This document shows, in pieces, positions 19,837 through 29,326 of a stretch of 64,000 bases of DNA. A program made the translations under genes and the position numbers. The notes beneath the pieces were generated by a model. The model saw nothing but the letters and a program-made list of their open reading frames with translations, searched no databases and was not told where the DNA came from. Every line of letters begins with the position of its first letter. Position 1 is the first letter of the stretch. Origin of the DNA: Candidatus Latescibacterota bacterium (GTDB taxonomy: Bacteria > Latescibacterota > UBA2968 > UBA8231); the NCBI GenBank assembly GCA_965261395.1, contig OZ253462.1:2080001-2144000 (forward strand). Direction: 5' to 3'.

Positions 19837-20358
19837 ATGCCCGTCTCGATCATCCCGTTCAACATGCCCGAACCCGCTGAAATTCCTCCCCACATCGTCG
19901 CATCACTCGAGGCCATGTCTCCAGACGAAGCCGTAGTCCAAGGCATGGATTTGCTGCTGGGCATCGAGGCGGCAGACACCATAGTATATGAGCGCGTTGG
20001 CCAAGGGGTGGTCCACACGGCCGGGGCCGGGGCTGAGGTCTTGCAGCGGGTGCTGGAGCAGGATGGCGCACGCGCTTTCGCCGATCAGGAGGGGGTCGGG
20101 AACTCCGCGTTGTTGCTAGTGGGACAAGCCAGTGCCGACGAAGAAAGCCCCCTGCCAGCAGGAGTAGTGCGCTTCCTCCTGGAGGGGGCTGAACACGGGA
20201 CTATCGGCTTTAGCTACGTGTTGCCGCTCAAGGCCAGCGACGGCTCGCTATGGGGCGCGCTGACGCTGATTCGCCGCGCAGCGAGCGGGCCACTCAACCA
20301 CGAGCAGCCCAACCTGTGCGAGGGCATGCGGCGCGTGTTGAGCCGGATGCGCAATTAG
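19837..20358 (+). CDS. Hypothetical protein, GAF-like
   Basis: C-terminal YVLPLKASDGSLWGALTLIR resembles GAF strands. Confidence 0.55.
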   Translation: MPVSIIPFNMPEPAEIPPHIVASLEAMSPDEAVVQGMDLLLGIEAADTIVYERVGQGVVHTAGAGAEVLQRVLEQDGARAFADQEGVGNSALLLVGQASADEESPLPAGVVRFLLEGAEHGTIGFSYVLPLKASDGSLWGALTLIRRAASGPLNHEQPNLCEGMRRVLSRMRN

Positions 20359-20624
20359 GCCGAGACCGGCTCGACGACTCCGTTTTCGACCATCCAAGCC
20401 TCGACTTCGTCGCCATCGACATCGGCTAGTATCTGGCCGTTGATCTCGACGCAGGGCGAGAGGGGCTGGCCGCTTTTCTGCACCATCTCAGCGTAAATAG
20501 CCGGATTGTTGATAATGTCTTTGTCTTCGTATACCAAGCCGTATTTGGCGAAGGTCATGCGCACGCTATTGCTCCAGCCGCAAACCGGCTTTAGATAGGC
20601 GACGATGTGGGGGGATTCAGCCAT
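20355..20624 (-). CDS. Glutaredoxin (monothiol-type, CGWS)
   Basis: KPVCGWS and SGQPLSPCVEING. Confidence 0.8.
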   Translation of the reverse strand: MAESPHIVAYLKPVCGWSNSVRMTFAKYGLVYEDKDIINNPAIYAEMVQKSGQPLSPCVEINGQILADVDGDEVEAWMVENGVVEPVSA

Positions 20625-20672
20625 GATTGGAATTCCTTTCTGGCGTAATAGAGGCGATTTTGCATTTGGTGG

Positions 20673-20745
20673 AATATAGAGATGCGTCCCTCTCTGTCAA
20701 GCAGGGCGTTAAGTGATTGACGAACCGGATACCCAATGTTACATT
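20673..20745. promoter_or_regulatory. Back-to-back sigma70 promoters for the glutaredoxin (-) and murA (+) genes
   Basis: Minus strand TTGACA-N16-TATATT (20700-20673); plus strand TTGACG-N17-TACATT with extended TG (20717-20745). Confidence 0.6.
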
Positions 20746-20803
20746 TGGATTACCCCCCTCCCCTTGATGTGTTTGCTCGCCCTCTTAACTCTTAGGATTG
20801 GCA

Positions 20804-22075
20804 ATGAGTTCTACAGAAGTCCTTTTTGTGCGTGGCGGACGCCCCCTCCAAGGGGAGGTCGAGGTCCAAGGGTCCAAAAACGCCGCTTTGCCCATGTTGG
20901 CCGCTTCACTGTTGGCCACCGAAGGGCAAACCGTTTTGCACCGGGTACCCCCGGTCAAAGATGTACTGGTTGCTCTAGAGGTGTTGCGTCGTCTCGGCGC
21001 GCGCGTCGATTACGATGCAACCGAGGAAGTCGCCGTCATAGACACCCGAGATGTCAAAGAGCACCGGCTGCCCGCGGATTTGACCAACCGCTTTCGCGCC
21101 TCACTGCTTTTTGTCGGTCCGCTGTTGGCCCGCTTTGGCCGTGCTTGGATCCAAGAGGTCGGCGGCTGCACGATTGGCTCGCGGCCGACTGACTATCACT
21201 ATCGTGGCTTTGCCCGGCTCGGAGCCGAGGTCGAAGGCGTGAACGGCGGCGGCATCGACGTGGTGGCCAAGCGGCTCTCCGGTGCCTTTATGTACTGCGA
21301 TTTGCCCAGTCATACCGGAGTGGAAAACCTCGTCATGGCTTCCTGCCTAGCAGAGGGCGAGTCCGTGATCGAAAACGCGGCTTCCGACCCGGAGATCGTC
21401 GATTTCACGGTGCTCCTGCAAAAGATGGGTGCCCAAGTCGAAGGGGTCGGTACGCGACGAGTGCATATTAAGGGAGTCCATGAGTTAGTAGGTGCCGAGC
21501 ACACGATCATGTACGATCGCCTCGATGCCGGTCTCCTGATGATGGCGGGCGCGATTACCGGCGGCGACATCACCCTCAAAGGCGTGGTGCGCGATCATCT
21601 ATACGTTTTTGAATCCAAGCTACAGCAGATGGGCGTCGAGATGACAGAGGAAGGGGCTTGGATGCGGGTGCGTGGGCCGGAAACCTTGTCGCCAATCAAC
21701 GTAGTGACCACCTTTTACCCCGGCTTCCCAACGGACCTACAGCCCGGGATGACGGCCTTAGCGTGCATGGCTAAAGGCGACAGCTACATCCGCGAGACCG
21801 TATTCGAAGATCGCCTCGGCCACGTCAAGGCCTTGCGCTCCTTCGGCGCTCGCATCGCGCCGGAAAAGGACCGTCTAGTGTTGGTGCACGGGCCGGCTCA
21901 GCTCAAAGGGGCCAAGGTCAAGGCCATGGATATTCGCGCCGGGGCCGCCTGCGTGCTCGCCGGCTTAGCGGCCGAGGGCTACACCGAGATTAGCAACCTC
22001 TATCAGCTCGACCGAGGGCACACCCACATTGAGCGCCGCCTGCGGGCCTTGGGCGCCGACATCGAAAGACACTGA
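20804..22075 (+). CDS. murA: UDP-N-acetylglucosamine 1-carboxyvinyltransferase
   Basis: GSKNAALP, GGCTIGSRP, YPGFPTDLQP, DIRAGA, LDRG. Confidence 0.95.
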   Translation: MSSTEVLFVRGGRPLQGEVEVQGSKNAALPMLAASLLATEGQTVLHRVPPVKDVLVALEVLRRLGARVDYDATEEVAVIDTRDVKEHRLPADLTNRFRASLLFVGPLLARFGRAWIQEVGGCTIGSRPTDYHYRGFARLGAEVEGVNGGGIDVVAKRLSGAFMYCDLPSHTGVENLVMASCLAEGESVIENAASDPEIVDFTVLLQKMGAQVEGVGTRRVHIKGVHELVGAEHTIMYDRLDAGLLMMAGAITGGDITLKGVVRDHLYVFESKLQQMGVEMTEEGAWMRVRGPETLSPINVVTTFYPGFPTDLQPGMTALACMAKGDSYIRETVFEDRLGHVKALRSFGARIAPEKDRLVLVHGPAQLKGAKVKAMDIRAGAACVLAGLAAEGYTEISNLYQLDRGHTHIERRLRALGADIERH

Positions 22076-22100
22076 GGCGCCTTGCGCACCCAACGCGAGT

Positions 22101-22139
22101 AAGCGGTCGGGAGCTTGTGGCTCTCGACCGCTTTTGTTT
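22101..22139 (+). terminator. Intrinsic terminator after murA
   Basis: AAGCGGTCGGGAGC-TTGTG-GCTCTCGACCGCTT followed by TTGTTT. Confidence 0.7.
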
Positions 22140-22165
22140 GTCTATCACTATATAGGAGAGGCACC

Positions 22166-23293
22166 ATGCTCGCACACCCCGACGCCGTGTATTTCGCGTG
22201 CGCGCCGATTGACCGCGCCGACGCTCCTTTTGCGACCTACCGGGAATTGGCTTATCGCACTCTCGCCGCCCTTGAGGTGCCGCTACCTGCCGCAGGCAAC
22301 ATCCTGCTCAAGCCCAACGCCACTGTACTCTATCCACCAGAAAAGCGCGTCATCACCCACCCCGGATTTGTCGGCGGCCTGCTCGACGCCCTGCGCGACC
22401 AAGGCGTATCCGCCGAGCGCATGGTGGTTGCCGACGGCCAGTCCGGGGAAAACTCCGCGGCCGGGCACACTTGGGAACTATGCGGCTATCGCGCCATGGC
22501 CGAGGAGCGGGGCGTGCGGCTCGCAGAAATGAACACCGACGAGGATTCCCGCGTCGTCGAGGTCGCCGACGGCGTGGTGTACGAGCGCTATCCCCTGTAC
22601 CGGGAAGTAACTGATTGCGCCTTCTTTTTTAACGTCCCCCTCGCCAAGTGCCACAACTTGGGTTGCACGACCTTGTCGATCAAAAACCTGATGGGCATCA
22701 TAGCCAAGCCCGAGCGGCACCTATGCGCGATCCAATTGGTGGACGAGCCCTGTGCCGAGGAGCTGTGGCGGCTGACCGAGAGCGGCCTCAGCCTCTTTGA
22801 AGACCGCTTCTATCACAAGCTCTGCGATCTATTGGTCGCGCTGCGCGGCTTGGGGATGCCGCGGCTTTCGGTGGTAGATGGCTTGGTCGGCCGCGACGGC
22901 ACGGCGTTCAACGAAGGGGCCAACCACCCCCTCGGTTGGGCCTTGGCCGGCGTCAACGAGGTACACGTAGATGCAGTAGCCACTTACCTGATGGGCCTCG
23001 ATCCGCAAGCCACCCCCTATCTGCAATTCGCCCATGCCCGCGGCCTAGGGACCATTGACCCCGAGGAGATCGAGGTCGTCGATCTCGCCAGCGGCACGGG
23101 GATCAATGGCGCGGGCCTAGCCGAGCTGCGGCCTGCTGAGCCGCTAATGCCGATCTCCCGCCTCAACCAAGGCGGCTACTACAAGCGCTTTCGCACCGAT
23201 GGATCAGCCGTGCCTTGGCGCTTGGACGATGTCAATGCCCAACGCCAGCAGGACGGTCTGGCACCTGTTCCCTATGAGCCAACCCGCGCCTGA
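22166..23293 (+). CDS. DUF362 domain protein
   Basis: ILLKPN, ITHP, NVPLAKCH, TLSIKNLMG, VVDG. Confidence 0.85.
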   Translation: MLAHPDAVYFACAPIDRADAPFATYRELAYRTLAALEVPLPAAGNILLKPNATVLYPPEKRVITHPGFVGGLLDALRDQGVSAERMVVADGQSGENSAAGHTWELCGYRAMAEERGVRLAEMNTDEDSRVVEVADGVVYERYPLYREVTDCAFFFNVPLAKCHNLGCTTLSIKNLMGIIAKPERHLCAIQLVDEPCAEELWRLTESGLSLFEDRFYHKLCDLLVALRGLGMPRLSVVDGLVGRDGTAFNEGANHPLGWALAGVNEVHVDAVATYLMGLDPQATPYLQFAHARGLGTIDPEEIEVVDLASGTGINGAGLAELRPAEPLMPISRLNQGGYYKRFRTDGSAVPWRLDDVNAQRQQDGLAPVPYEPTRA

Positions 23294-23621
23294 GCACACC
23301 CTCCGCGCCTGCCAACGCGCGGTGGACCGGTGGATCGCCGACGTCGGCGTGCGCTACTTCTCCGAGCTGACCAATACGGCCGTGCTGATGGAGGAAGTCG
23401 GCGAGCTGGCGCGGATCATGGCCCGCACCTTTGGGGAGCAGAGCTTTAAGGAGGGCGAGGAAGCCGACCTCGGCATGGAGATGGCCGACGTGCTCTTCGT
23501 CCTCATATGCCTCGCCAATCAGACCGGGGTCGACTTAGAGGAATCCTTCCAGCGTGCCCTGGCCAAGAAGACCCGACGCGACCGCAGGCGTCACGCGGGG
23601 AATCCCAAACTCCAATCTTGA
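23274..23621 (+). CDS. MazG-like nucleotide pyrophosphohydrolase (YpjD-type)
   Basis: RYFSELTNTAVLMEEVGELAR and EMADVLFVLICLANQTGVDL. Confidence 0.88.
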   Translation: MSQPAPEHTLRACQRAVDRWIADVGVRYFSELTNTAVLMEEVGELARIMARTFGEQSFKEGEEADLGMEMADVLFVLICLANQTGVDLEESFQRALAKKTRRDRRRHAGNPKLQS

Positions 23622-23669
23622 CTTACTTAGGCGCAACTTCCTGCATCCTCTTTTGCGAAAGGTCGGCCC

Positions 23670-24332
23670 ATGAGTTCCCGCAACGGTTTTATCGAAACGC
23701 ATATTTACGACTACATCCTCGCCAACTCCCTGCGCGACCGAGACGTGTTCAAGCGGTTGCGGCAGGAGACCAGAGCCATGCCCATGGGCGGAATGCAGAT
23801 CTCGCCCGATCAGGGGCAGTTCATGGGGCTGCTCGTCGAGCTGATCGGTGCCAAGCGGATCGTCGAGGTGGGGACCTTTACTGGCTACAGCAGCACTGCG
23901 ATGGCGTTGGCGCTGCCAGCGGACGGGCGTCTAATCGCCTGCGATGTCAGCGACGAGTTTACTCGCATTGCCCGGTGCTATTGGCAGGAAGCTGGCGTGG
24001 CCGACAAGATCGAATTGCGGTTGGGACCAGCGATAGCGACCCTCGACGGCATGCTCGCGGCCGGGGAAGCCGGTTGCTTCGACATGGCCTTTATCGACGC
24101 GGACAAGGAAAATTACGACGCCTATTACGAGCGCTGCCTACAACTCTTGCGCCGGGGCGGATTGATCTTAATCGACAACGTGCTGTGGGGCGGGCGGCCC
24201 GCCGATGCCAGCGAGCAGGACGAAAGCACGGTGGCGATCCGCGCGCTCAACGCCAAAATCTGCGCCGACGAGCGCGTGACCGCGTCCCTGCTGTCGATTG
24301 GCGACGGGTTGACGCTGGCGCGGAAACGGTGA
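23670..24332 (+). CDS. Class I SAM-dependent O-methyltransferase (caffeoyl-CoA OMT-like)
   Basis: VEVGTFTGYS, FIDADKENY, IDNVLWGG, GDGLTLARK. Confidence 0.9.
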   Translation: MSSRNGFIETHIYDYILANSLRDRDVFKRLRQETRAMPMGGMQISPDQGQFMGLLVELIGAKRIVEVGTFTGYSSTAMALALPADGRLIACDVSDEFTRIARCYWQEAGVADKIELRLGPAIATLDGMLAAGEAGCFDMAFIDADKENYDAYYERCLQLLRRGGLILIDNVLWGGRPADASEQDESTVAIRALNAKICADERVTASLLSIGDGLTLARKR

Positions 24333-24373
24333 TCTGTGCAACTACAAGACGAAATAGCGGAGGAGACTCGACA

Positions 24374-25087
24374 ATGAACAAAATATGGGTTCTACAAAAC
24401 GCGCAGCCGGAAAACTTGGGGATCGCCGGTCAAGTGTTCCAAGGCTGCGGTCTCGCGCCCGCCTACATCCATACCTTTGCCGGCGAAGAGGTCCCCCGCT
24501 GCATGGACGAGGCCGCCGGCCTAGTGGTCTTGGGCGGGCCGATGGGCGTGTACGAACACGACCGCTACCCGTTTATAGACGCGGCCACGCGCCTTATCGA
24601 CCAAGCTCTAAAAGAGGACAATCCCGTACTCGGCATTTGCCTAGGCAGCCAGCTTTTGGCCACGGCACTCGGTGCTCGGGTCTCCCGCGGTCCGCAGAAA
24701 GAAATCGGCTGGCATCCTATTGAGTTGAAGCCCGCTGCCCGTGAAGACCTGCTGATGGGCGAGCTGGAACCATCCTTTATGGGCTGTCACTGGCACGGCG
24801 ACATCTTTGATCTGCCCAAGGGGGCTACTGCCCTGGCCTCTTCTGCCCGCACCGCCTACCAAGCGTTTTCCTATGGTCGGGCGGCTTATGGTGTCCTCTT
24901 CCATATGGAAGTTACCATAAAAATCATCGCCGATATGGTCCAGGCTTTTGCTGACGAGGTGCGCGAAGAGGGGCTGGATGGCGAGCAAATAAAAGCCGAC
25001 GCAGCCCAGCACTTGCCCGCCCTCCACGCCAACGGGCGGACCTTCTTCCAGACCTGGGCTGCCCTCTGCTTGGAGGCGGCTTCCTAG
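24374..25087 (+). CDS. Type 1 glutamine amidotransferase
   Basis: LGGPMG, GICLGSQ, WHGD, FHME; GGAG RBS. The real gene is only the 3' part of the 526-aa track ORF. Confidence 0.88.
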   Translation: MNKIWVLQNAQPENLGIAGQVFQGCGLAPAYIHTFAGEEVPRCMDEAAGLVVLGGPMGVYEHDRYPFIDAATRLIDQALKEDNPVLGICLGSQLLATALGARVSRGPQKEIGWHPIELKPAAREDLLMGELEPSFMGCHWHGDIFDLPKGATALASSARTAYQAFSYGRAAYGVLFHMEVTIKIIADMVQAFADEVREEGLDGEQIKADAAQHLPALHANGRTFFQTWAALCLEAAS

Positions 25088-25210
25088 CTACTAGTAGCTC
25101 AGAGATTGCGGAAGAATTCCGCTTTGCGACCTTGGGCATGGATTTTTGGGGCACCTAGCTAATAGTGGCAGCGTCCACGCATCCGGGCGACGATATCCGC
25201 TTCGCGCCAC

Positions 25211-27889
25211 TCAGGTCGAAACCCCCAACAAGCCGCGCGTCAGTTGAAAATCGACGTTGCGCTGCTGCAAGGCACCGGGGATGTGGTCGCCCCGCGCCAC
25301 CCGAACCAACAACGCCACCAGTTGCTCGGCCCAATCGTCCGCCGCACCCGTCAGGGCCAAATCAATATCATCGCCGTAGAGCGCCGCCACTGTCGGATTC
25401 GCGCTCACCTGCACCACCGGCATTAGGGGATGCCCCTGTAAAGGATGCTCGCCGCTATGGGCCAAGATCAGATCCACGCCCGTGGCGCCCAGCCCGGTAG
25501 CCGTCTCCACCCAGTGATCAGTGGGCGTCTCCATGATGTAAAAGCCCGGCTCCACGGCCGCCTGGCCGTAGGGCAAGGTCGCGGCATCCGAGGGCTGGAC
25601 TAGCACGGAGTCCAGATACGCCGGTTCCCGCAGCAGGGTCGCGTTGTGCGGCACGACCACAGTGCCACCCGCCGTCACCACCCAGCGCGTCAACTGGGCA
25701 AAAGATTGCGCCGTGTCCGCTCCCAGCGCGCCGGTCGCCTGCATCCCCAAGCGCAAGGCACCCAAGCCGCGTTCCACGGCAACGGGTGCCTCCGTCTCTG
25801 CCAGCGCTTGGTGGAACCACGCCTCGACCTTGTCCATGGCCTTGACAATGCCGCCGTCCAACTGCACCGAAGCCCAGCCAAAAACAGCCGGGTCCAAGCC
25901 CCATTCCTCAAGGCCGTTGCGCATGTAGTCGTTGTGCGTCTTTTCGCAGCCGTGCTCCAGCAGCAAAACGCGCCGTGCCAGCGGATGCGCTGCGTAGCCC
26001 ATCATGGTGCGCAAGTGCATTTGCTCGGTGGCACCGCTCGACGACAACCCACAGCCCTCGGTGTGGACCAAGGCGACAAAGCGCGACAGCCCTTGCTCGC
26101 GGCCCACTTGCCGAGCATTGAGCCGCTCGGCGCACATGCGGGCGATCTGGCCAGCGCACAGGCTGGTGGGCAATACCAACCCCACCTGATCGATAGCCCC
26201 ATCCAGCATGGGGAACGATACCGCTGGCCCGACCTCGGGCCGCACCGGCGAGGGCCGGCCCTCGGGCACGGGAGCGGCCAACAGTTCCTCTAGCTGGCTG
26301 GTATCGGTCTGTTGCCAATTGCGCCAGATGGACACTTGGGCGTGGCCGGCCCGCTCACCCAGTGAGCGCTCGCCCGAGGCCACCCGCAAGGTGCGCTCGA
26401 ACAATGCCTGACCCAACTCGTCCATCGGCGTGCCATCCAAATAAGCTCCGGCATTGACATCGAGATCCGCGGCCAGCAATTGGTAGCGCTCCGAGGTGGT
26501 GACGATCTTGATCGTCGGCACAAAGGGGAAATTGGTGATGGAGCCGTTGCCCGTGACAAAGAAGATGGCATTGCAGCCGCTGGCCACCTGCCCGGCAATG
26601 CTTTCCAAGTCGTTGCCCGGACTGTCCATAAAATAGAAACCAGTCCCTTTGAGCGGCTCGCTGTACTCAATCGCGTAGTCCAAGCGCACGTCGGGATCGC
26701 GCTTGCGCGCCGCGCCAATGGACTTGAGCACGATATTGTACAGGCCGCGAAATTTGTTGCCCCCGGAGGGATTGCCCTCGGCGGAGGCACCGTGCCACGA
26801 CACCCGCTCCTTGAAGCGCTCGACCATGTGCAAAAAGGTGCGCGCGGTCTCCACATCCTTGACGTTTTGCAGCACATACGGTTCGGCGCCGATCAACTCG
26901 TCGGTCTCGGCGAGGTTGGCTGCCCCGCCGTAGCGGATCAGCTCGCGCGCCACCCAGGCGGCCAGCGGATTGCCCGAAATGCCCGAAAAGGCATCCGAGC
27001 CGCCGCACTGCAAGGCGATTTTGAGATGAGCCAAATCGTGCTCGCCCCGCTCCTCGCCCGCCATTTCCTCGGCCCAAGTGGCTACTTGCCGCTCGCCCTC
27101 TGCCAAACGCGCCTCAAAGGAGCCGTCCAAGCTCATAAAGCAATGCCGGACGTGATCGAGGGCATAGCCGTGTTCCACCATGTACTCCCGCAGCATTTTG
27201 TTGGTCACGGCTTCGCTGCCATAGTCCACCGCCAACACAGCACCGACGTTGGGATGGACGACAAAGCCAGCCAGCGTGCGCAATAAGAGCTCGCGGTTAT
27301 TGGGCGCGGACCAGCCGCCGCCCTCGGTGTGGGCAATCGGCACCACGCCATCGCCGGCCGACCGGCCGCTCCAGCGCTCGGCCAACAGCCGTGCATAACT
27401 AGCCGTGCGCGAGGACGTACCCAAGACGACGATATAATTGCGCGTGCCCACGCCTCGTCCCCCAGAGCGACCATAGCCGAGAAAGGTCCGCCGCTCCTCA
27501 TGCGGAGCGAGCGCAACCCCAAGCTGAAAATTCGCTGGATCCAATTGGTACGGCTCAATGCGATCGACGAAATTGGCCTGCGTGGGCAATTCGAAGTCCA
27601 ACTGACGGATGCCCAATGCGTCGAGCATACTCTGGTTGCAGGCGTAGTCGCCCGGCTGCAGGGCTCGCTCGGCCACGCCAAAGGGCAGTTGCCACGACAG
27701 CAGGAACTGGCCGGGGTCAATCGGCTCGACGGCAAAGCGATGGCCTTCCATCACTGTGTGGGACAGCGCGAACGGCTGGCCGTTGTAGTCGATGCCCGTG
27801 CCCGCTTCCAAACGCCGGGTGGCAATGGCCACATTGTCCCCGGGCATGGGCAGTCGGGCTACTTCGCTAAAGGGAAAAACCGCGTTCAT
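25211..27889 (-). CDS. UxaA/GarD-family sugar-acid dehydratase with internally duplicated domains
   Basis: SAF domain (DNVAIA), GVGTRNY, QCGGSDAFSG, GNPSGGN, then a second copy with HTEGCG and EHGCEKTHN. Confidence 0.85.
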   Translation of the reverse strand: MNAVFPFSEVARLPMPGDNVAIATRRLEAGTGIDYNGQPFALSHTVMEGHRFAVEPIDPGQFLLSWQLPFGVAERALQPGDYACNQSMLDALGIRQLDFELPTQANFVDRIEPYQLDPANFQLGVALAPHEERRTFLGYGRSGGRGVGTRNYIVVLGTSSRTASYARLLAERWSGRSAGDGVVPIAHTEGGGWSAPNNRELLLRTLAGFVVHPNVGAVLAVDYGSEAVTNKMLREYMVEHGYALDHVRHCFMSLDGSFEARLAEGERQVATWAEEMAGEERGEHDLAHLKIALQCGGSDAFSGISGNPLAAWVARELIRYGGAANLAETDELIGAEPYVLQNVKDVETARTFLHMVERFKERVSWHGASAEGNPSGGNKFRGLYNIVLKSIGAARKRDPDVRLDYAIEYSEPLKGTGFYFMDSPGNDLESIAGQVASGCNAIFFVTGNGSITNFPFVPTIKIVTTSERYQLLAADLDVNAGAYLDGTPMDELGQALFERTLRVASGERSLGERAGHAQVSIWRNWQQTDTSQLEELLAAPVPEGRPSPVRPEVGPAVSFPMLDGAIDQVGLVLPTSLCAGQIARMCAERLNARQVGREQGLSRFVALVHTEGCGLSSSGATEQMHLRTMMGYAAHPLARRVLLLEHGCEKTHNDYMRNGLEEWGLDPAVFGWASVQLDGGIVKAMDKVEAWFHQALAETEAPVAVERGLGALRLGMQATGALGADTAQSFAQLTRWVVTAGGTVVVPHNATLLREPAYLDSVLVQPSDAATLPYGQAAVEPGFYIMETPTDHWVETATGLGATGVDLILAHSGEHPLQGHPLMPVVQVSANPTVAALYGDDIDLALTGAADDWAEQLVALLVRVARGDHIPGALQQRNVDFQLTRGLLGVST

Positions 27890-27898
27890 AACAGCTCC

Positions 27899-29314
27899 TC
27901 AAAAAGGCGTTGACGACGAAGTAATGGCGCACCAGCGGGCCGACTCCAGCGCTTCGACCAAGGCGCGGCGGGCGTGGGCGGTCCCGATCTTGCGCAAGGC
28001 GGTGCTGGCGTAGTAGCGCGTATAGCGATTTGGATCGACCAGAGCACGAGCTACCGTCGGTACTAGCTCGTCGTCGGGGGGGGCCATCTTGCTCAGGGAG
28101 AAAACGGCGTTGCGCCGCACCAACTCCACCTCATCGCCCAAAGCGCGGGCGAGGGCCGGAGCCGCCGATACCGCTGCCGGCCCAATCGTCCCCAGAGCCT
28201 CGGCAGCATTGCGCCGCACCCACATAGCGTCATCGCTCAAGGCCGCTTGCAATACCGGCATTGCCGCAGCCGCCTCCTTGCCCATGGTCGCCAGGGCACC
28301 TAGCGCCGCCGCCCGACCGGGCCAAGGCCCCTGCTGGGCCGCAGCCAACAGTCCATCCAAAGCCTCCGCGCCCAAGGCAGCCAAAGCGTGTACCGGGCCC
28401 AATTCGCCCGGATTGCCCCCTTGGGGATTGGTCGGCGAATGGGCCAGATTGGTCTCGGCTTGAGCTTGGGCTTGGCTCCGCATGTCCTTGATCAGCCCTT
28501 CTACTTGGTCCCCTCCCAAGCTATAGGTCGCTTGCAGGCGGGCCGTTTCCGAATCGGTACCTAAATCCTCCCAGCGCGCGCTGCCGCTGCTCGCGGCCGG
28601 CCGGCCACACAACCAGTCCCACACGTGCCGTGACAACGCTGGGTGTGGGTCGCCGTCGAGCGGCTGCCAGTGGGGCACCTTATTATTCCACGTCGGTGCC
28701 TCTGGCTCTGTCATGCGGGTGAACTGGTATTTGAGCATGTAGCGCCTTTTGTCCGAGCGATTGGCCGTGGCCCGGTGCCAGCTATCGAAGTTGACGATCG
28801 ATACCGTGCCAGCCGGGCCGCACAAGCCCAATTCGGTCTCGGTAGCTCGCGCTGGATCGGCGTTAGAAATGCCGTTGTACCACTGCCGCCCCGGCATCAC
28901 GCCGGTGGGCCCCATATCTGGGGTAACGTCCTGTGGATAGTAAAAGGCCATCACCCAACGGCAGCGGTGATAGCGGATATTCTGGTCGAAGATATAGTCG
29001 TCCTTGTGCCAGCTCTGGCCGTCGCTGCTGGGGGAATTGAGGTGGCAGTAGCGGTGCGGGTGCATCAGATAACCCGCGCCCAGAATACTGGTCAAAGCCC
29101 CGCGTACCGCGGGGTGGGCAAAGACCTCGGCGGTGGCGGGAATGCGCGGCGCGATATTGTTGCCGGGATTGCCTTCGGCTGCCAAGACAGCGTCGATTTG
29201 GCGGCACACTGCGGCGTGAAAATCGCCCGGAAAATCCGCCTGTACCTGGACATAGCCTTGGGCGATGAACTGCTGCATCTCGGCGTCGCTGAGCAGGTAT
29301 TGTTCGGCTTGCAT
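27899..29314 (-). CDS. PhyH-family 2OG/Fe(II) dioxygenase fused to HEAT repeats
   Basis: WHKD and WHRATAN facial-triad motifs; C-terminal HEAT repeats (VRRNAAEALGTIG). Confidence 0.85.
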   Translation of the reverse strand: MQAEQYLLSDAEMQQFIAQGYVQVQADFPGDFHAAVCRQIDAVLAAEGNPGNNIAPRIPATAEVFAHPAVRGALTSILGAGYLMHPHRYCHLNSPSSDGQSWHKDDYIFDQNIRYHRCRWVMAFYYPQDVTPDMGPTGVMPGRQWYNGISNADPARATETELGLCGPAGTVSIVNFDSWHRATANRSDKRRYMLKYQFTRMTEPEAPTWNNKVPHWQPLDGDPHPALSRHVWDWLCGRPAASSGSARWEDLGTDSETARLQATYSLGGDQVEGLIKDMRSQAQAQAETNLAHSPTNPQGGNPGELGPVHALAALGAEALDGLLAAAQQGPWPGRAAALGALATMGKEAAAAMPVLQAALSDDAMWVRRNAAEALGTIGPAAVSAAPALARALGDEVELVRRNAVFSLSKMAPPDDELVPTVARALVDPNRYTRYYASTALRKIGTAHARRALVEALESARWCAITSSSTPF

Positions 29315-29326
29315 GACCCTCTCCTC

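Noticed and set aside
20804-22075. Fosfomycin-resistant MurA variant
   Set aside because: The active-site Cys is retained (GGCTIGSRP).
23507-25087. 526-aa track ORF suggesting a large fusion protein
   Set aside because: Its N-terminal part is an off-frame overlap of the O-methyltransferase. The real GATase starts at ATG 24374 with its own RBS.
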